Positions 1 through 12,581 of a DNA stretch of 64,000 nt are shown here, piece after piece. The first letter of the stretch is position 1, and the number at the start of each line of letters is the position of its first letter. The stretch is from Marsupella aquatica. Taxonomy: Eukaryota; Plantae; Marchantiophyta. The notes under the pieces are model-generated. The model was not told the origin of the DNA. It saw nothing but the letters and a program-made list of their open reading frames with translations, and ran no database searches. The DNA is taken from positions 1,015,573-1,079,572 of the forward strand of contig OZ316899.1 in NCBI GenBank assembly GCA_973895155.1, in the 5' to 3' direction. Made by a program: the position numbers and the translations under genes.

Positions 1-447
1 ATGCAGGGTGACCATTACTTTGGTGGATTTTGACAAATGCATAGGCATTGTGGGAGCTTGGGCATCTGAAAGGTACAAGGTGTATGTATTGGTGTGGTTT
101 TGTTTTTCATTGGACATATATATTTTGGCAAATATATATATATTTTTAGGGGCCCACAACTTGGGGTAAAAGAAGCATTGCAACTTGAGTTGCATACAGT
201 TTTTCCCTCCTACTCTTAGATATGGTTTTTTGAACCATAAGACTATTAGGCACTATTGAGCCCAAGCTCCATAGAGGTATTTTCCATACTTCATTTGAGG
301 TTTACAATTTTTAGGGTTTTCCAAGGGTCTAAAGTGGTTCTCTTCTAGAGTTGTTGAAGGGAGGGAATTGAATGAGTTTTTCTCTGTTTGGGTTTATCCT
401 AACAAATGAGGAAATAAATCTATGCTTACATGATACATTGCAGGCCA

Positions 448-1687
448 TGTGATGCCTAGCCAGGAATCACTAAGCCCGGTTTACATGGTAGAGCAGGAGT
501 GTACCCTGGAAACACCTTAGTATAGGACCAAAAACAAGGAAAATATAAACAATTAAGGGTGACTATGGAACCCGGGCCGAGGCTGGAAGTAAGGACGCCG
601 GGGGAGAGAACACGATTAGGGTTAGGGCGCGCTAAGCGTCGGCGGCTAGGGGTGACCAACGGGAGGGGAGACCAGAGGAGGAGAGGGGTAAGGACCGCTC
701 GCGAGGAATAGTGGCTCATTTGCAAGAACAAACTAGGCAAACGACTACGGGAGGCCAAATGCTGTTAGCTGCTTAGACAAGCACTCGGGGTGGGAACAAA
801 TACCAACGATCGACTCAAGGAGGGTATGAGCAACGTCAATCAAGCGGCACATTTTTGGGGATGCCTGTTCGAACGGGCAGGTGAGTACGTCAGGACTTAC
901 GAGGACGAAGAATCGGAGAGAGCAGCTCAAGAATGGCAGGAGCTCGCTCGGCTCTGGGAACTACAGAAGATGGCTTTCTTAGGAGGAGAACTTATCAAGG
1001 CCGAGTTCTTGTGGACTCCTACTGCCAATCAGCTTGACGACCTTCTGTTTTGCGAAAACAGAATCGTCGGCATCCGGGAAGCCATAAATCGCTGCAACGA
1101 CCTACACTGGGAGTTGAAGGGTAACACGGAGGGGTGGACAAAGGCAACCTTGCTAGGAGAAACATCCACGGTAGCCGAGATGAAGAGGAAAGGAAACAAC
1201 AACGAAGAGGCCACACCGGCAAAAAGAACGAGGTCGGCGGCACCTAGGAAGCCAGCAGAGCAGTAGAGCAGGACAAGGGGAGAAGCCGATGAGGAAGAGG
1301 TCGATCCCATCAATGCCATTCCAACAAACAATAACACCTGGAAAGGCTGGGCGGCGACCCTACCGGAGGAAGTGCAATTACACTTTGCACGGGAGGAGGA
1401 TGCATGCTTTACGGCCATGCAGACCAAGAAGTACCAAGGCTTCATGGCCGGATCCGGCTTGGAAGCCTTCGTAAGATTACCATGGCTGAAGCCGGAGGTG
1501 CCGGACTCAGACTTATTAGAATTCGTGGGATCATGGGAACCCGAGACCAATTCCACGAGGGTGTATGGGAAGGATTTCTATCTCACTCCCCGGGTGATTG
1601 TTGAGGTGTTTGGCTTGCCGATGGGTAATAAGACCAAGGTTGATACCAGGAAGACCTTACCTGACAAGGAGTTCTGGTCATTCCCAG
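448..1687 (+). mobile_element. 5' part of a family B' LTR, interrupted by the family D LTR
   Basis: Starts TGTGATGCCTAGCCAGG, nearly matching the family B LTR start TGTGATGCCTTGCCAGG at 36227; its ORF is homologous to 36465-36962. Confidence 0.8.
790..1687 (+). pseudogene. LTR-embedded accessory ORF of family B' (FW domain plus start of LPW/FGLP domain), disrupted and truncated
   Basis: 790-1266 QAAHFWGCLFERA..IVGIREAI matches 36465-36962; 1372-1692 GLEAFVRLPW..EFV..VFGLP matches the central domain of the 878-aa ORF. Confidence 0.7.
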
Positions 1688-4600
1688 TGTGAGATAAGGA
1701 TGTTTATAAAGAAGGGTTAACTAACCATAAATTTTAGAATTTTTACGTTTAAGATCTCAAATGAGGCTGAAGAGGGACCTGAAGACTACTTTGAAGTGTT
1801 ATGAGACTTTCAAGCCCATCTGAGGTCAACCCGGATTGATATTAGAGAAGGAGGATCGACCCGGAACTTTTTACTATAAGCCTTGAATGAGATATAAAGC
1901 TTATACCAAGACTCTACTCAACAACAGCTGTCCATTGCCAAAGTTTTTAAAACCATAAGTCAAACACAGGCACGACCACAGCAGAATCCGGATATAAGGA
2001 ATGAAAGTCGATCCGGCCTCTCACACCTCTCAAAGCCGAACTTAGTAGGTTTTGAGCTCCCGAGCGCATTAGGCTATTTAAGCAGTAGAGTGAGGAGGCT
2101 CTACCCTTTTGGTAGAGGATCTTGGGTCCGGATTATAGGACCAATCTTGCATTGCATGATGAGAGCCTGGATATGAGGGTACTGACTGATTCGTTGTGAG
2201 GGGAATGCCTACTCCACCGCTGGAAGTGAAGGCAGGAAGTTTGAGATCCTGATCGTGGATACATCGGTTGTGAGAAGGGAGGCCAGGTCGACCCGGACAT
2301 TACCATTGGAGGCCCGATTGAGTCCAGCGTTTCCCCATGGTAGATGACCCTGCATTGTGGTTAACAAAATCTTGATGCAATTTTTCCGAAACAATTTTCA
2401 GTTGATCAGAAACGCTGCTGCCAGGTCAACCCGGACATTTGTACCAGTGGTCGACACCGAAGAGATTGAACATTCTGAAGTCGCATCATTGTAGAGCTCG
2501 CCGTAGAGGAGGCAGAACATTTACCAGAAATCAATTTTCTGCTTCCAAAAATCCTATGGAGCAAGGGGCGGATCCAGCCAGAATGTCCACTTCTCGCGTC
2601 TCTAAGGGGCATTCAACCTCAACATCACCTGCACCTACTCCGGTTAAAGCCCCTGTGAGACGATAAAGAGAAAGGAGGTCCCCATTGCCATGAAAATTCT
2701 GAGGCCAGCTATTCCGGACAGTGAAGCTGAGAAGGTCAAACTGAGGGAGTCTTTGCTCAGGATGGGTTGTGAGTCTCTCATGGAGCTACCCTGGAGTTAT
2801 CAGAGCGAAGATATGGTCAGAGAGATCCAATCCAAGGAGTGTCCGGCTGAGTTTAAGGATACCTCCAGAGGCCGACCTGAGCGATGGACTCAGATGATGA
2901 TTGCAGGAGCTTTTGTATTGGAAGATGAAGAAGAAGGTCCAGTGGGGAGAGCTGTCAACCTAATCCTTCCTTACTTCAAAGGAGCCATCAACAGTAAGCA
3001 CGGGTTCAATGTTTCTAAGTGTTTGGATCCTGATCTGAGACGAGTCTTCAGCTTTCTGCTACCCCTGCTGTACCCTGAGAAGCCAAGAAGAGTTACTGTT
3101 GGAGTTGGCTCTACCATTGTTGCTGCTTACAAGGGAGAAAGAAAAGTCAACTAGGCTAAGCTTATCTTTGACTTAATAAGGAAGTTGGTACAGAACCTGT
3201 CCAACAAGAGTCCTACTCCCCTCTCCTGCTACCTGGCACATCTATATAGTTTTGAAGGAGTCTTGTTCAGAGAGGAGAAGAAATTACTATTGGCCAAGTT
3301 CAACTTCATAAAGTATGGAGAGACAGATCCAGATATCACCCAGGCCACCTCTGATGACAGTGAGGATGAGGAACCAGCAGAGACAAATCCTTGAAAGACC
3401 CGGTCTGCTGCCCGGAACCTCGACCCGGACTTTGCCGACCCGGCCTTCGTCGACCCGGCTGAATTTCCGGATGCGCCTGGCCATGCCTCCCTAGACACCC
3501 TAGCTGATTTCCAGATCATCTCAGATACATTCCAGAAGGTGAAGAGGAAGACCACTGTGATGGAGAAGGCCATCACTGACATTTCTCAAAAGTTAGGAGT
3601 AAAACCAGGGCAGATTCTTGAGAAGATCTCCACCATGAGTGATGCCATAGATAAGAGGAAGTTGGAGAAGGAGAATGAGTTCCTCAAGAAGAAGGTATCT
3701 GAACTCAAACAGCAGTTGGAAAGGAGTAAGAAGAAGAATGAGCTTGAGCATACTCTCCAACTCAGTATCACTCAATCTTTGGATCTGATTGAGCCTTTGA
3801 CTAAGATAGCTTCTCTGGATCTTCTTAAGGCCCAAATTTATGATGAGTATTTGGCCAAGAACACCACACCCATCCTTTTCTCCAAGATTAACCATTTAGT
3901 GGTAGATGTGAGTACCAAGGTGGATGATGCACTTACGGGTCTCTCAAAGACCTGTGAAGCCTTAAGGGAGATGAGTGACTTGACTACAGAGGAGCTATTA
4001 GCTGATACTGAGATTCCTGCCTTTACTACCAGATTTTTCTCTCCTAGTCCTCATGAAGGAGTCTATTCCACTGGCCCCTCATCACCCCTCAACCCTCCTG
4101 GTTTCCCCACTCCCAGTACACACTTCCACTCCCATTCTTACACTTATTCTCATGACCCAAGTGCCCATCAGGAGAACATGGATATTGACCCGTTCATCCC
4201 TTTTACCACTGGCCAACAGGGAGTTTTCCTTCGACCAGAACCCCTTGCCATGGCTAACCCTGAGGAGGTTCCTTCCCAAAAGCTAGGACCAGAATAGAGT
4301 TATATTTAGAGAGTTAGAGCCACATTAGTTTAGACTTAGAAATAGTTATATAGATTAGTATATGAGTAAGTAGACTCCAGTATTTTGTTGATGTATCCAT
4401 TGGAGACTCTACTCCATTTTTGACTAGGATAGTTCACTTTTATTTACATATTTCTTTAGACTTGGGTTTTGAAGAGGCATGTCTTTTCATAATCTCCACT
4501 TTTAGTACAAAAGGAGGAGAACCCAAAGTCAACCTTGGGAGAGAGAGATGCATTTGATTTCCCCATTTTGATTTTGGAGAAATCTATGTCTTTTCTTCCC

Positions 4601-5287
4601 TTCTTTTTACCATGGTTAAGTAAAGAGAAGTTTCAAGATTAGCAACCCTTTGAGTTGTTGTGCAATATTCAATGAATACTAGCGTGTGCCTATGATGATA
4701 TTGGAAGATCAGCAAGGTCTGTGACCAATTCATATAGAAGATTCACCAAAGAGAAATTGGAATTTGCGTGAAACTCAAATAAGCAATCTTAAGGATAGTA
4801 GGAGAAGTAAACCAATTCGAGTATCCTAGTACCATCTTAAGCAAGACCAGAAAAGTGTCCCGGGTTGATTTACATTGTTGTCTTCTAAATTCAAGAGATG
4901 GAGAAGAGTTGCTATGAGAAATCAAAAAGCATATACAATGTTGATTTCCGAATCTTAAATTAGGCCATAATCCTTATTGAAGGAGTGGTGATGGTCGGAA
5001 TTCAATTTCCTTGCGCTTTGAAACCTCCCACCTACTCTCTCTAGTTTCAATCTTTGTTAATTCTAGTCTTTATTATTGCACTATGAATCCTAAGGATTAC
5101 CCACTTGAGTTTGTGGTTAAACACTTATGTTAAGGAGATCATTAGAAATCTCTCCAACCTAAGAATGTTGGTGTAAACTTCTCAAATTGTGTTAATTCAG
5201 TCTTTTTGATCTTATCCACTCCTAACGGGAACGAAATCGAGTTGTTAAAGAGTAAATAGTCATTTATCTCTTTATCACCTTGTTACA
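1688..5287 (+). mobile_element. Family D solo-type LTR (~3.6 kb) carrying an accessory ORF
   Basis: Begins TGTGAGATAAGG, ends CCTTGTTACA (imperfect terminal inverted repeat, TG..CA); shares ACGGGAACGAA near its 3' end with the LTR ending at 59392; no PBS or gag follows; flanks CCCAG and CTCTT do not match. Confidence 0.65.
2690..4297 (+). pseudogene. LTR-embedded accessory ORF of family D (LPW domain, acidic linker, coiled coil), two in-frame stops
   Basis: Track ORFs 2690-3154, 3185-3394 and 3539-4297 share one frame; MGCESLMELPWSYQS, FSFLLPLLYPEKPRRVT and LSCYLAHLY align with 39070-40203. Confidence 0.75.
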
Positions 5288-6124
5288 CTCTTGCATGGCC
5301 TCCAGCCGATCAAGTAGCTTTTCATGCTTCCCTTGGGCTGCGGCCAAGGCCTTCTCGCTTTGAGTGGTCTGGTCTTTAGCCGCCTTCCTAAGCCTATCGA
5401 CTTGCCAATTAAGACCCTGTACCTCTTCCTTTGCATCGGCTAACTCCAACTGCACCTTTGTCAATTTCTCTTTAATCTGCTGGTTATCCAATTGGTAGTT
5501 TTCCAATTGGTTGTTCGCCACCTCTAATTCCTGCTCTTAGCCAAGAGATCCTGCTGTGCTTGTTGATCCACCCTTGATTTAGCCACCTCTGCTTCCATGC
5601 CACAAAACCGAGTGATCACTTCCTCCGTATCTACAAATGCCATTTTGTGAATTCCCCACAATTGCGCAAGCTTTGCTTGTTCTCTAGCTGCGCGCTCCGG
5701 CTCAACGTCTTCATACGTAGGTATCAGCTGCCTTGCTTCTTCAAGCAAACAGCCCCAAAACTTCCCTGCCTGATTCACCGTGTTCATTCCACCAAATGCC
5801 AAGAACTTGCGCAATTTCCCAATCCACCACATGCACTCGACTGACAGTCGCTCCTCAATGTCAAGACCGTGTACACGAGAATGCAAAATGGCAGAGTATT
5901 GGTCTCCTCACTTTGAAGTTGCCACTTGAAGGTCTTTGTGATCAAGCATGGATTAGGTCATAACTCAAATCCTGCCGGATCTCAACCGTTGGATCCTTTC
6001 CCTTATCATCTAACACGTAGTAATCGACATCAGTCTTTATTGTTACCTTATACTCTCTATCTATCCTTATTTAGCCATTATTTTAGGCTTAATTATTACT
6101 TCGTGATCCTGGCAAGGCATCACA
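5288..6124 (-). repeat. Partial 3' LTR of the family B element
   Basis: Direct repeat of ~14360-15193; starts TGTGATG on the minus strand. Confidence 0.9.
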
Positions 6125-7372
6125 TAGATCCCCACTTAATTGTGAAGCGTCCTCGCAAACATCTTCAAACTCATACATATAGTATTTTTTAAGCCTATCA
6201 TAGTGTATTCTTACAAGATAAATCTTGCCCGTGATATTGGCTAGTTGGACTGACCCATTGGAGAACATCATTTCCACCTTGTACGGTCCTAACCAGCAAG
6301 TGTAAAGCTTCCCAGGAAATTTTACATACCTGTTGTCATATAGTAACACTAGATCTCCAGTCTGAATACAGATTGGTCTTAACTTCTTATCGTATCACTG
6401 CTTCATTAGTTCCTGTCTATACTTCAATCTTTCTGATGCTATCAACCTAGCCTCCTCCAATGCTTCCAGTTGGTACAACCTTGCTCTCCTACTCTCGGCT
6501 TCCAACAGACGTTGTTGTATAGTAACTCGATAAGTGGGAACCTCCAACTCCATTGGTACCAAAGCCTCCTGCCCAAACGTTAGGAAATAAGGTGTATGTC
6601 CCGTAGTCGTCTTGTAGGCCAAGTTGTAAGCAAAAACAGCAGCGTACAGCTTGTCATCCCAGTCATCCTTGTGGTCAGATACCATCTTGTTTAGTATCTT
6701 ACCAATGATTCCATTTGCACACTCGGTAAGTCCATTGGCCTTTGGATGATAGGGAGTTGTAGGCCGATGCCGAACCAAGTATTGCTCATTAAGCCGACCA
6801 ATGATATCATTTAGGAAATGAGTCCCCTGATCGCTGACCAGCTCTAGAGGTGCCCCATACCTGGTGAAAATCTGCTCGTATAAAAATTGAGCTGTCGTGA
6901 TTGCATCATCCCTCATGGTCGGCCTAGCTTCCACCCATTTGGTCGCATAATCAGTGGCCAAGATGATGTACTTATTCCTTCGAGGATATGTTTTTGGTTT
7001 TAGAGGCCCAATGTAATCAATCCCCCACTTTTCAAATGCGGCAAGGGGTAAAATTGGATGCAATGGATGTCTACTGGCAGCCCTTGGTCCCCCCGCCCTT
7101 TGACAAGGATCACATTCCTTAATGAATTGATGAACATCCTTGTGCAAGGTTGGCCACCAGTAACCGACATCCAATATCTTACGTGTGGTAACTACTGGTG
7201 CAAAATGACCTCCGGCCTCTTCTCCGTGCATTGCTTCCATTACCTTCCGGGTATCATCCCTCTCCAAACATCTTTGGAGATTACCATATGCTCCATCCTG
7301 TGCAACACTCCCTTGATGACCTGATAACGTGCTGCCTTTTGCAAAAACACAACCTTCTGCTTTCTGGTCCAT
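6089..7372 (-). pseudogene. Integrase (zinc-binding domain, DDE core, GPY/F region), frameshifted
   Basis: MHGEEAGGHF, CDPC, WGIDYIGP, LVSDQGTHF, GLTECANG, WLGPYKV. Confidence 0.92.
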
Positions 7373-7584
7373 GCCGTATTCAGTCGTGCTGTACTCAAAA
7401 ATCCCAATATCTCAGGGTACTAGGTATTCGAATCCTCGATCTGAAATAATTCCTCATCCGGAAAACGGTCGTCAATGCAATCTGTTGCCGGGTCACCTGG
7501 TACTCTGGAGAAGAAATCAGCATTTGCGTGTAACTTCCCAGGTTTAATCCTTAATTCGTAATCAAATTCCTGCAATAGAAGTAT

Positions 7585-8100
7585 TCATTGGGCCACTCGT
7601 CTTGTAAGATCTGGCTTATTCACTAAGTACCTCAAACTTTCATGATCTGTATGGAAGATCACACGGTAACCCAATAAGTAATGTTGAAACTTCTTACATG
7701 AGTAAATGACCCCCAGCGCCTCCCTCTCTGTAGTCGTGTAGTTCTGCTCGGCTACAGCTAACTGTTGGCTTGCAAAATAGATGGGGTGGTCCTTTCCCTT
7801 ATCATCTAACTGACTTAGAACGGAGCCGATGCAGAACCCTGAAACATCCACAAACACATGAAAATCCTTATTCCAATCAGGCGCCATCATGACGGGTGCT
7901 TCAACCAACTTTTGCTTCAACTGTACCACAGCCGTAACCCGTTCAGGTGTTGCTTCAAAATCTGAACCTGTTTTGAGCATGTTGGTTAACGGAAGTGCTA
8001 GCTTGGCAAAATCCTTGATAAACCTTCGATAGTAACCAATACAACCCAAGAAATATCTGACATCTTTTATATTCTTGGGTTGCATGATATTGAGCCACAC
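7585..8100 (-). pseudogene. Ty3/gypsy RNase H remnant
   Basis: FHVFVDVSGFCIG, NYTTTEREALG, FHTDHESL. Confidence 0.9.
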
Positions 8101-8181
8101 GGCTTATTTTCCCTTATCAATTTTGATACCTTTTTTGGACACCCTGTGGCCGAGCAGGACCCCCTCAATTACTCCGAAAAA

Positions 8182-9399
8182 TCATTTATCCGGATGTAAC
8201 TTCAGTCCCACCTGTCTGCATCTTTTAAAGGTTCTTTGTAAGTACTTGGCATGTTTGGACGCCTTCCCAAACATAGCAAAATCATCAAATAATATCTCCA
8301 GAAACTTCCGGAGGGAATCATGAAATATGTTAACCATCAACCTTTGGAACATAGCTGGTGCATTACATAATCCGAAAGGCATCCGATTAAACACATAGAT
8401 TCCCCACTCAGGAATGAAAGCAGTTTTGATCTGATCCTCTTGCCTGATTCTGATTTGATTGTATCTAGAGTAGCCATCCATGAAAGAATACAACTCATGG
8501 CTAGCTACAGTGTCTAGCACCATATCAGTAAAAGGTAACGGAAAATTATCCTTCAAAGTGGAGTCATTTAGCTTCCTATAATCCTGGCAAACCCTTATCT
8601 TCGGCTTGCCATCCGGTCCTGCCTTCTTGGGTACAATGACAATAGGAGACACCCAGTCCAAATGGAGAATTGGCGTAATGAAGCCGGCCTCCACCAACTT
8701 GTCAATTTCTGCTTTTACCAACAAAGAATACTTTGGATTCATCCTTCTCATTGGTTGCCAAAACGATTTGGCTCCCAACATAAGGTCAATCCGATGCTCC
8801 CCCAATTTTGGGTCCACTCCTTGTAAATCAAGGTGACTCCAAGCAAAAACATCCTGGTATTCCACAAGTAACTCACTGATCTCCTTTTTGATTTTGGGAG
8901 CAAGATCCCTACCCAGATTTACCTCCCGACCCTCACCCAACTTGAGCTTCTTGTATTGCTTTGATTGAATCATGTTCATTTGCTTCTTTAGATTTGGATC
9001 TAGGTCTGCTTCCAACCAGGCCAACCTCATTCCTCCATATACTGGAATTTCAGGCTCCGTGGTTGTTTCCATCACCTCTGCTTTTGTCTCCCCACTGGAA
9101 GAAGTAGCTTCTTCAATGATGGTGTTGATCTCCACTGGAGTAGATTCGTTCGGCTTCAGCTTCTCTTTTAGCCTTAGCATTTTCAACCTCATTTTTTTAG
9201 TAGCCGGTCGACATCTTAGTCCGCTTGGAACAATTGACTCCAAACTCACCTTATTTATTGTGATAGCAGGTACTCCCTCTTGAATTGACTGCAACGCCTC
9301 CTGATTTGTCTGCGTAGCTGCCTGGTCTGACAAGTGAGTCTTTGTAATCGGAGTGACCTTTTTATCAACCAGCGCTGCCAACTCTGGCCACTGTGCCAC
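8182..9399 (-). pseudogene. Reverse transcriptase remnant
   Basis: WVSPIVIVPKK, CQDYRKLN, FMDGYSRYNQI, MPFGLCNAP, ILFDDF. Confidence 0.92.
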
Positions 9400-9421
9400 A
9401 GCGCTTGATAAAAATCCACCA

Positions 9422-12400
9422 TCATGGCGTTGGGATCCTTTGATAGAACAAGTTCCTCCACTTGAACCTGTGATTCATTTTCTTATCCATGATAATTGAT
9501 TCCAAAAAGGCGGCCTCAATTGCAAAGCAGCTGTCAGCCGGGACTTCCTGAAATTCTGAATCGCCTTCCTCTATGATGGGTTCCATCCGACTCTTTCTTG
9601 CTAACATTAGTGGAATTGAAATGGGCTCTTCCTCAAGTTCCGGAATGATTGGCCGCATGGAATCTGTGTCTCCCATCCAAAGTCCATTGGGGGGTGTATC
9701 AGGTCCAAACACACTCGCTTTTGATAAGCATTCCAGCCAACGCACATCATCGGTAGATTCTAACCCAGTATCATAGCCGTCTGCTTCCCGAATCATCCTG
9801 GCTGCTTCATCCTCTACCTCCCATGACATGGTAATAGGTGGAGTTCCGAATGTAAACTGTTTTGTGCCCCAATTTTCCACAACTTTCGCAAGGTACAACC
9901 AGGGTCGCCCTATCAACATCGTAAATGAGGTAGGGTTCACCGGCTTCATCATAATGTAATTAATGTTGAATGCAATACCATCAATCTCTGTGCGTATTCC
10001 TCAAAGAATGCCAGTGGGAACAACTTGGTAGCCATTAGCCATATTCAATACCCTACCAGTCAATTCTGGTTTTAAGCCCCAAGCCGCTGCTGTTGAATCA
10101 ATGAGTATGCATACCCCAGACCCTCCATCGATTGGTACATGCATAACCTTTTCTTTATTGATGATGACTGGTAAGCAAGGGGCTCCCCTATTCTCCTGAA
10201 TCATCATGACATCCGTACGAGTGGCTACTCTAGGAAGCCTCGGGTTCCCGACAATGGCTTTTTTCAATTGCTTCCAAAAATACGGGCTATTTTTTAATAA
10301 TTGACCCACAGTAGCCGTAACGCGTGATTCCAACACATCCTTTGCCAAGTTGTATGGCACCAACTGTTTCCCTGTGTCACCCTCCTGGGGTAATTTAATT
10401 GCTCTAATAGGATTCTCCTCAGTTGGTAATGATTCTGGTTCCTTTGGTTCTAGAGGTGTGCTTGGTGAAGTTAGTGGTGACACACTTCTGTCCTCCACTG
10501 TTTCCATTGAAGCGGAAACAATTTCCTCCTTCATTTGCTTGACAGCTCTCTTGATATCCTTCTGGAGTGCAACCTCATTCTCGTCCTTTTCCAACTCTAC
10601 CAATTGCTCCTTCACACTAGTCGTGACTGCCGGAAAAAATAAACTTGGATGCGTTCAATCAAAATCACTATCCTGGGAAGGACTGGGATCACCAGGTACA
10701 ACTTGCGGGTCCTCAGTGACAGGGGCTTTGCCACTAGAACCCAAAGACGTGGAATCAGACGCATCTTCCTTCCACAGCTTCTTTTTCTTGGTAATCCCCT
10801 CCCACCTTTGCTTCCTTCTAGTGGATCTAGTGGACACACGGTAACAATCGGCATCAACCTCTTCTTTGGAATAAGTGGACAGGGCGTCTGCTTCATCGTC
10901 AGAAGGTGCAAATTCCCCTTGTGCTTCTTCACGCCATCCTAAGTCAATATGATTTACCTTGGCTCCTCCTAGCATAGTTCCTGCTGGCAGTACCTTTGGT
11001 GCGATTTTGATAGGTACAGCAGCCATCCCGGCTAACCAAATAGGGCATTGGGTAAGTATATGCCCTTCTCCTTTGCAACCCATACAAAGCTTGACTAGCT
11101 GACCATCCGCCTGCTTCCTTGCATTGGTGCACTCCCGGGAGAAGTGACCTGGTTGACCATAGTTGTAGCATGCTGCAAATCTCTGAACATTTGGTTGTGG
11201 AGGTGTAGTTGGACTTTGAATGATGCGTGGATACATCTCCCCTGCATTGGTTCTCAATGCTCCCCACAAAGAGGTGGGTCGGTTAGCCAAATCTTGGGCT
11301 CCGGCCTCATTGATGCCGAACACACTATCCGCGGCATCTCCAAGTATGTACTCCACCTCCAACTCTCCTATCGTTCCCTCGGTTATCAATCAAACATGCT
11401 TTTTACCACGCTTTGGACAGACATCCTTGTGATGTCTGGTGGTATAACAGTGAGCGCACCATACTAAGGTGTCATCGGCTGCCTCCCTCTTCTTTGGCTG
11501 GGAGTTGGCTAATAACGTCTTTAACTGCTTTGTGATCGCTGTCAATTGATCCAGAGATGCTTTCTTAGGATCAACCTTGGTTCTCACCTTCTCCACAGCC
11601 TTATCCTTCTTTTTGAATTTCTTTTTTTACTCTTTTCATCATCCTCCAAACTGGAAGATGTTTCACTCTTACTAGTATCACTCTCAGAGCTACTACTCTC
11701 CTCCTTGGCTTTCTTGGATCGCTTCTTCTTGGCCTTTTTCTTGCCTGATTCCTCTTCTGAAGATGAATCCTCAAACTTATAGTGCTTTTTCCGGCTTGTG
11801 ATATCAGCATTGATGTATAGCTGAATATCACAAATCACCTCTACCAAAGACTCCGGATTCCCCTTCCAAATTGCGAAACTCATCTTGTGAGGTAGGGCAT
11901 TAACCAACCACTACAACTGCATTTTGTCTGATGCATTGGTCTTGGTTCGTCGCACCAATTTGTGGAATTGCTGCAAAAATTTCTGGAAAGACTTGTTCTC
12001 CTTGAATTGAAGCCGTCCTAGCTTCAACATTGCCAATTCAGACATCCCAATGGGATGGAATTCCTTGACAACCAGCTGCTTGAAGGTGACCCATTCATTC
12101 TGCTCCCCTGGTTCCAAATTGGAGTACCATGGTCGAGCATCTTGATAGCAGACTCTCCATTAGCAGTTGCAGTCCCATCAAACTCCTCAAGCCAGTCATC
12201 CGGGTCCTCCTCATGTTTACCATGAAATGCCTTGTAATGGATTTGTGATCTCTGACTGGGCCGTGGTGCTGCTCGCCCACCAAATTGTGGATCCGGCTCA
12301 CCCATCTCTTGCACTGGTGAACTGGGTTGGGTACTGGGCGCGTTACTACTCAACAGATCCCCTTCCTTGTTCTCCAGTTCTACTCCAAAAGCACTTTGTG

Positions 12401-12521
12401 AACCGCCGTTGCCGCTTGCAGTCTTCACCCTCTTTGCCTCCTTCCACCTTGCAATTTGCTGCAACCGCGCTTCTTCCCTCAGTGTTGCTCGCTCTTCCCG
12501 TGGTGTGAATTCGTTCATCAC
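9422..12521 (-). pseudogene. gag and aspartic protease remnants of family B
   Basis: HYKAFHG..DPDDWLEEF, zinc knuckles (CAHCYTTRHHKDVC, CYNYGQPGHFSREC, CMGCKGEGHILTQC), protease-like VPIDGGSGV; many frameshifts. Confidence 0.85.
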
Positions 12522-12558
12522 CTAACACTGCGCAACAAACAATTCACAGGTAAGAATG

Positions 12559-12577
12559 CCCCCTCCATCTAGCGCCA
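12559..12577 (-). promoter_or_regulatory. Primer binding site, tRNA-Asn type
   Basis: TGGCGCTAGATGGAGGGGG on the minus strand, 4 nt after the LTR end; one mismatch to the plant tRNA-Asn(GUU) 3' end as I recall it. Confidence 0.8.
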
Positions 12578-12581
12578 AAAA

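Noticed and set aside
1-447. Possible host gene or promoter in AT-rich flanks (also 31960-32914 and 35330-35974)
   Set aside because: No supported ORF, exon structure or recognisable motif.
12559-12577. tRNA gene fragments at the PBS-like sites
   Set aside because: Only 16-19 nt complementary to tRNA 3' ends next to LTRs; no cloverleaf.
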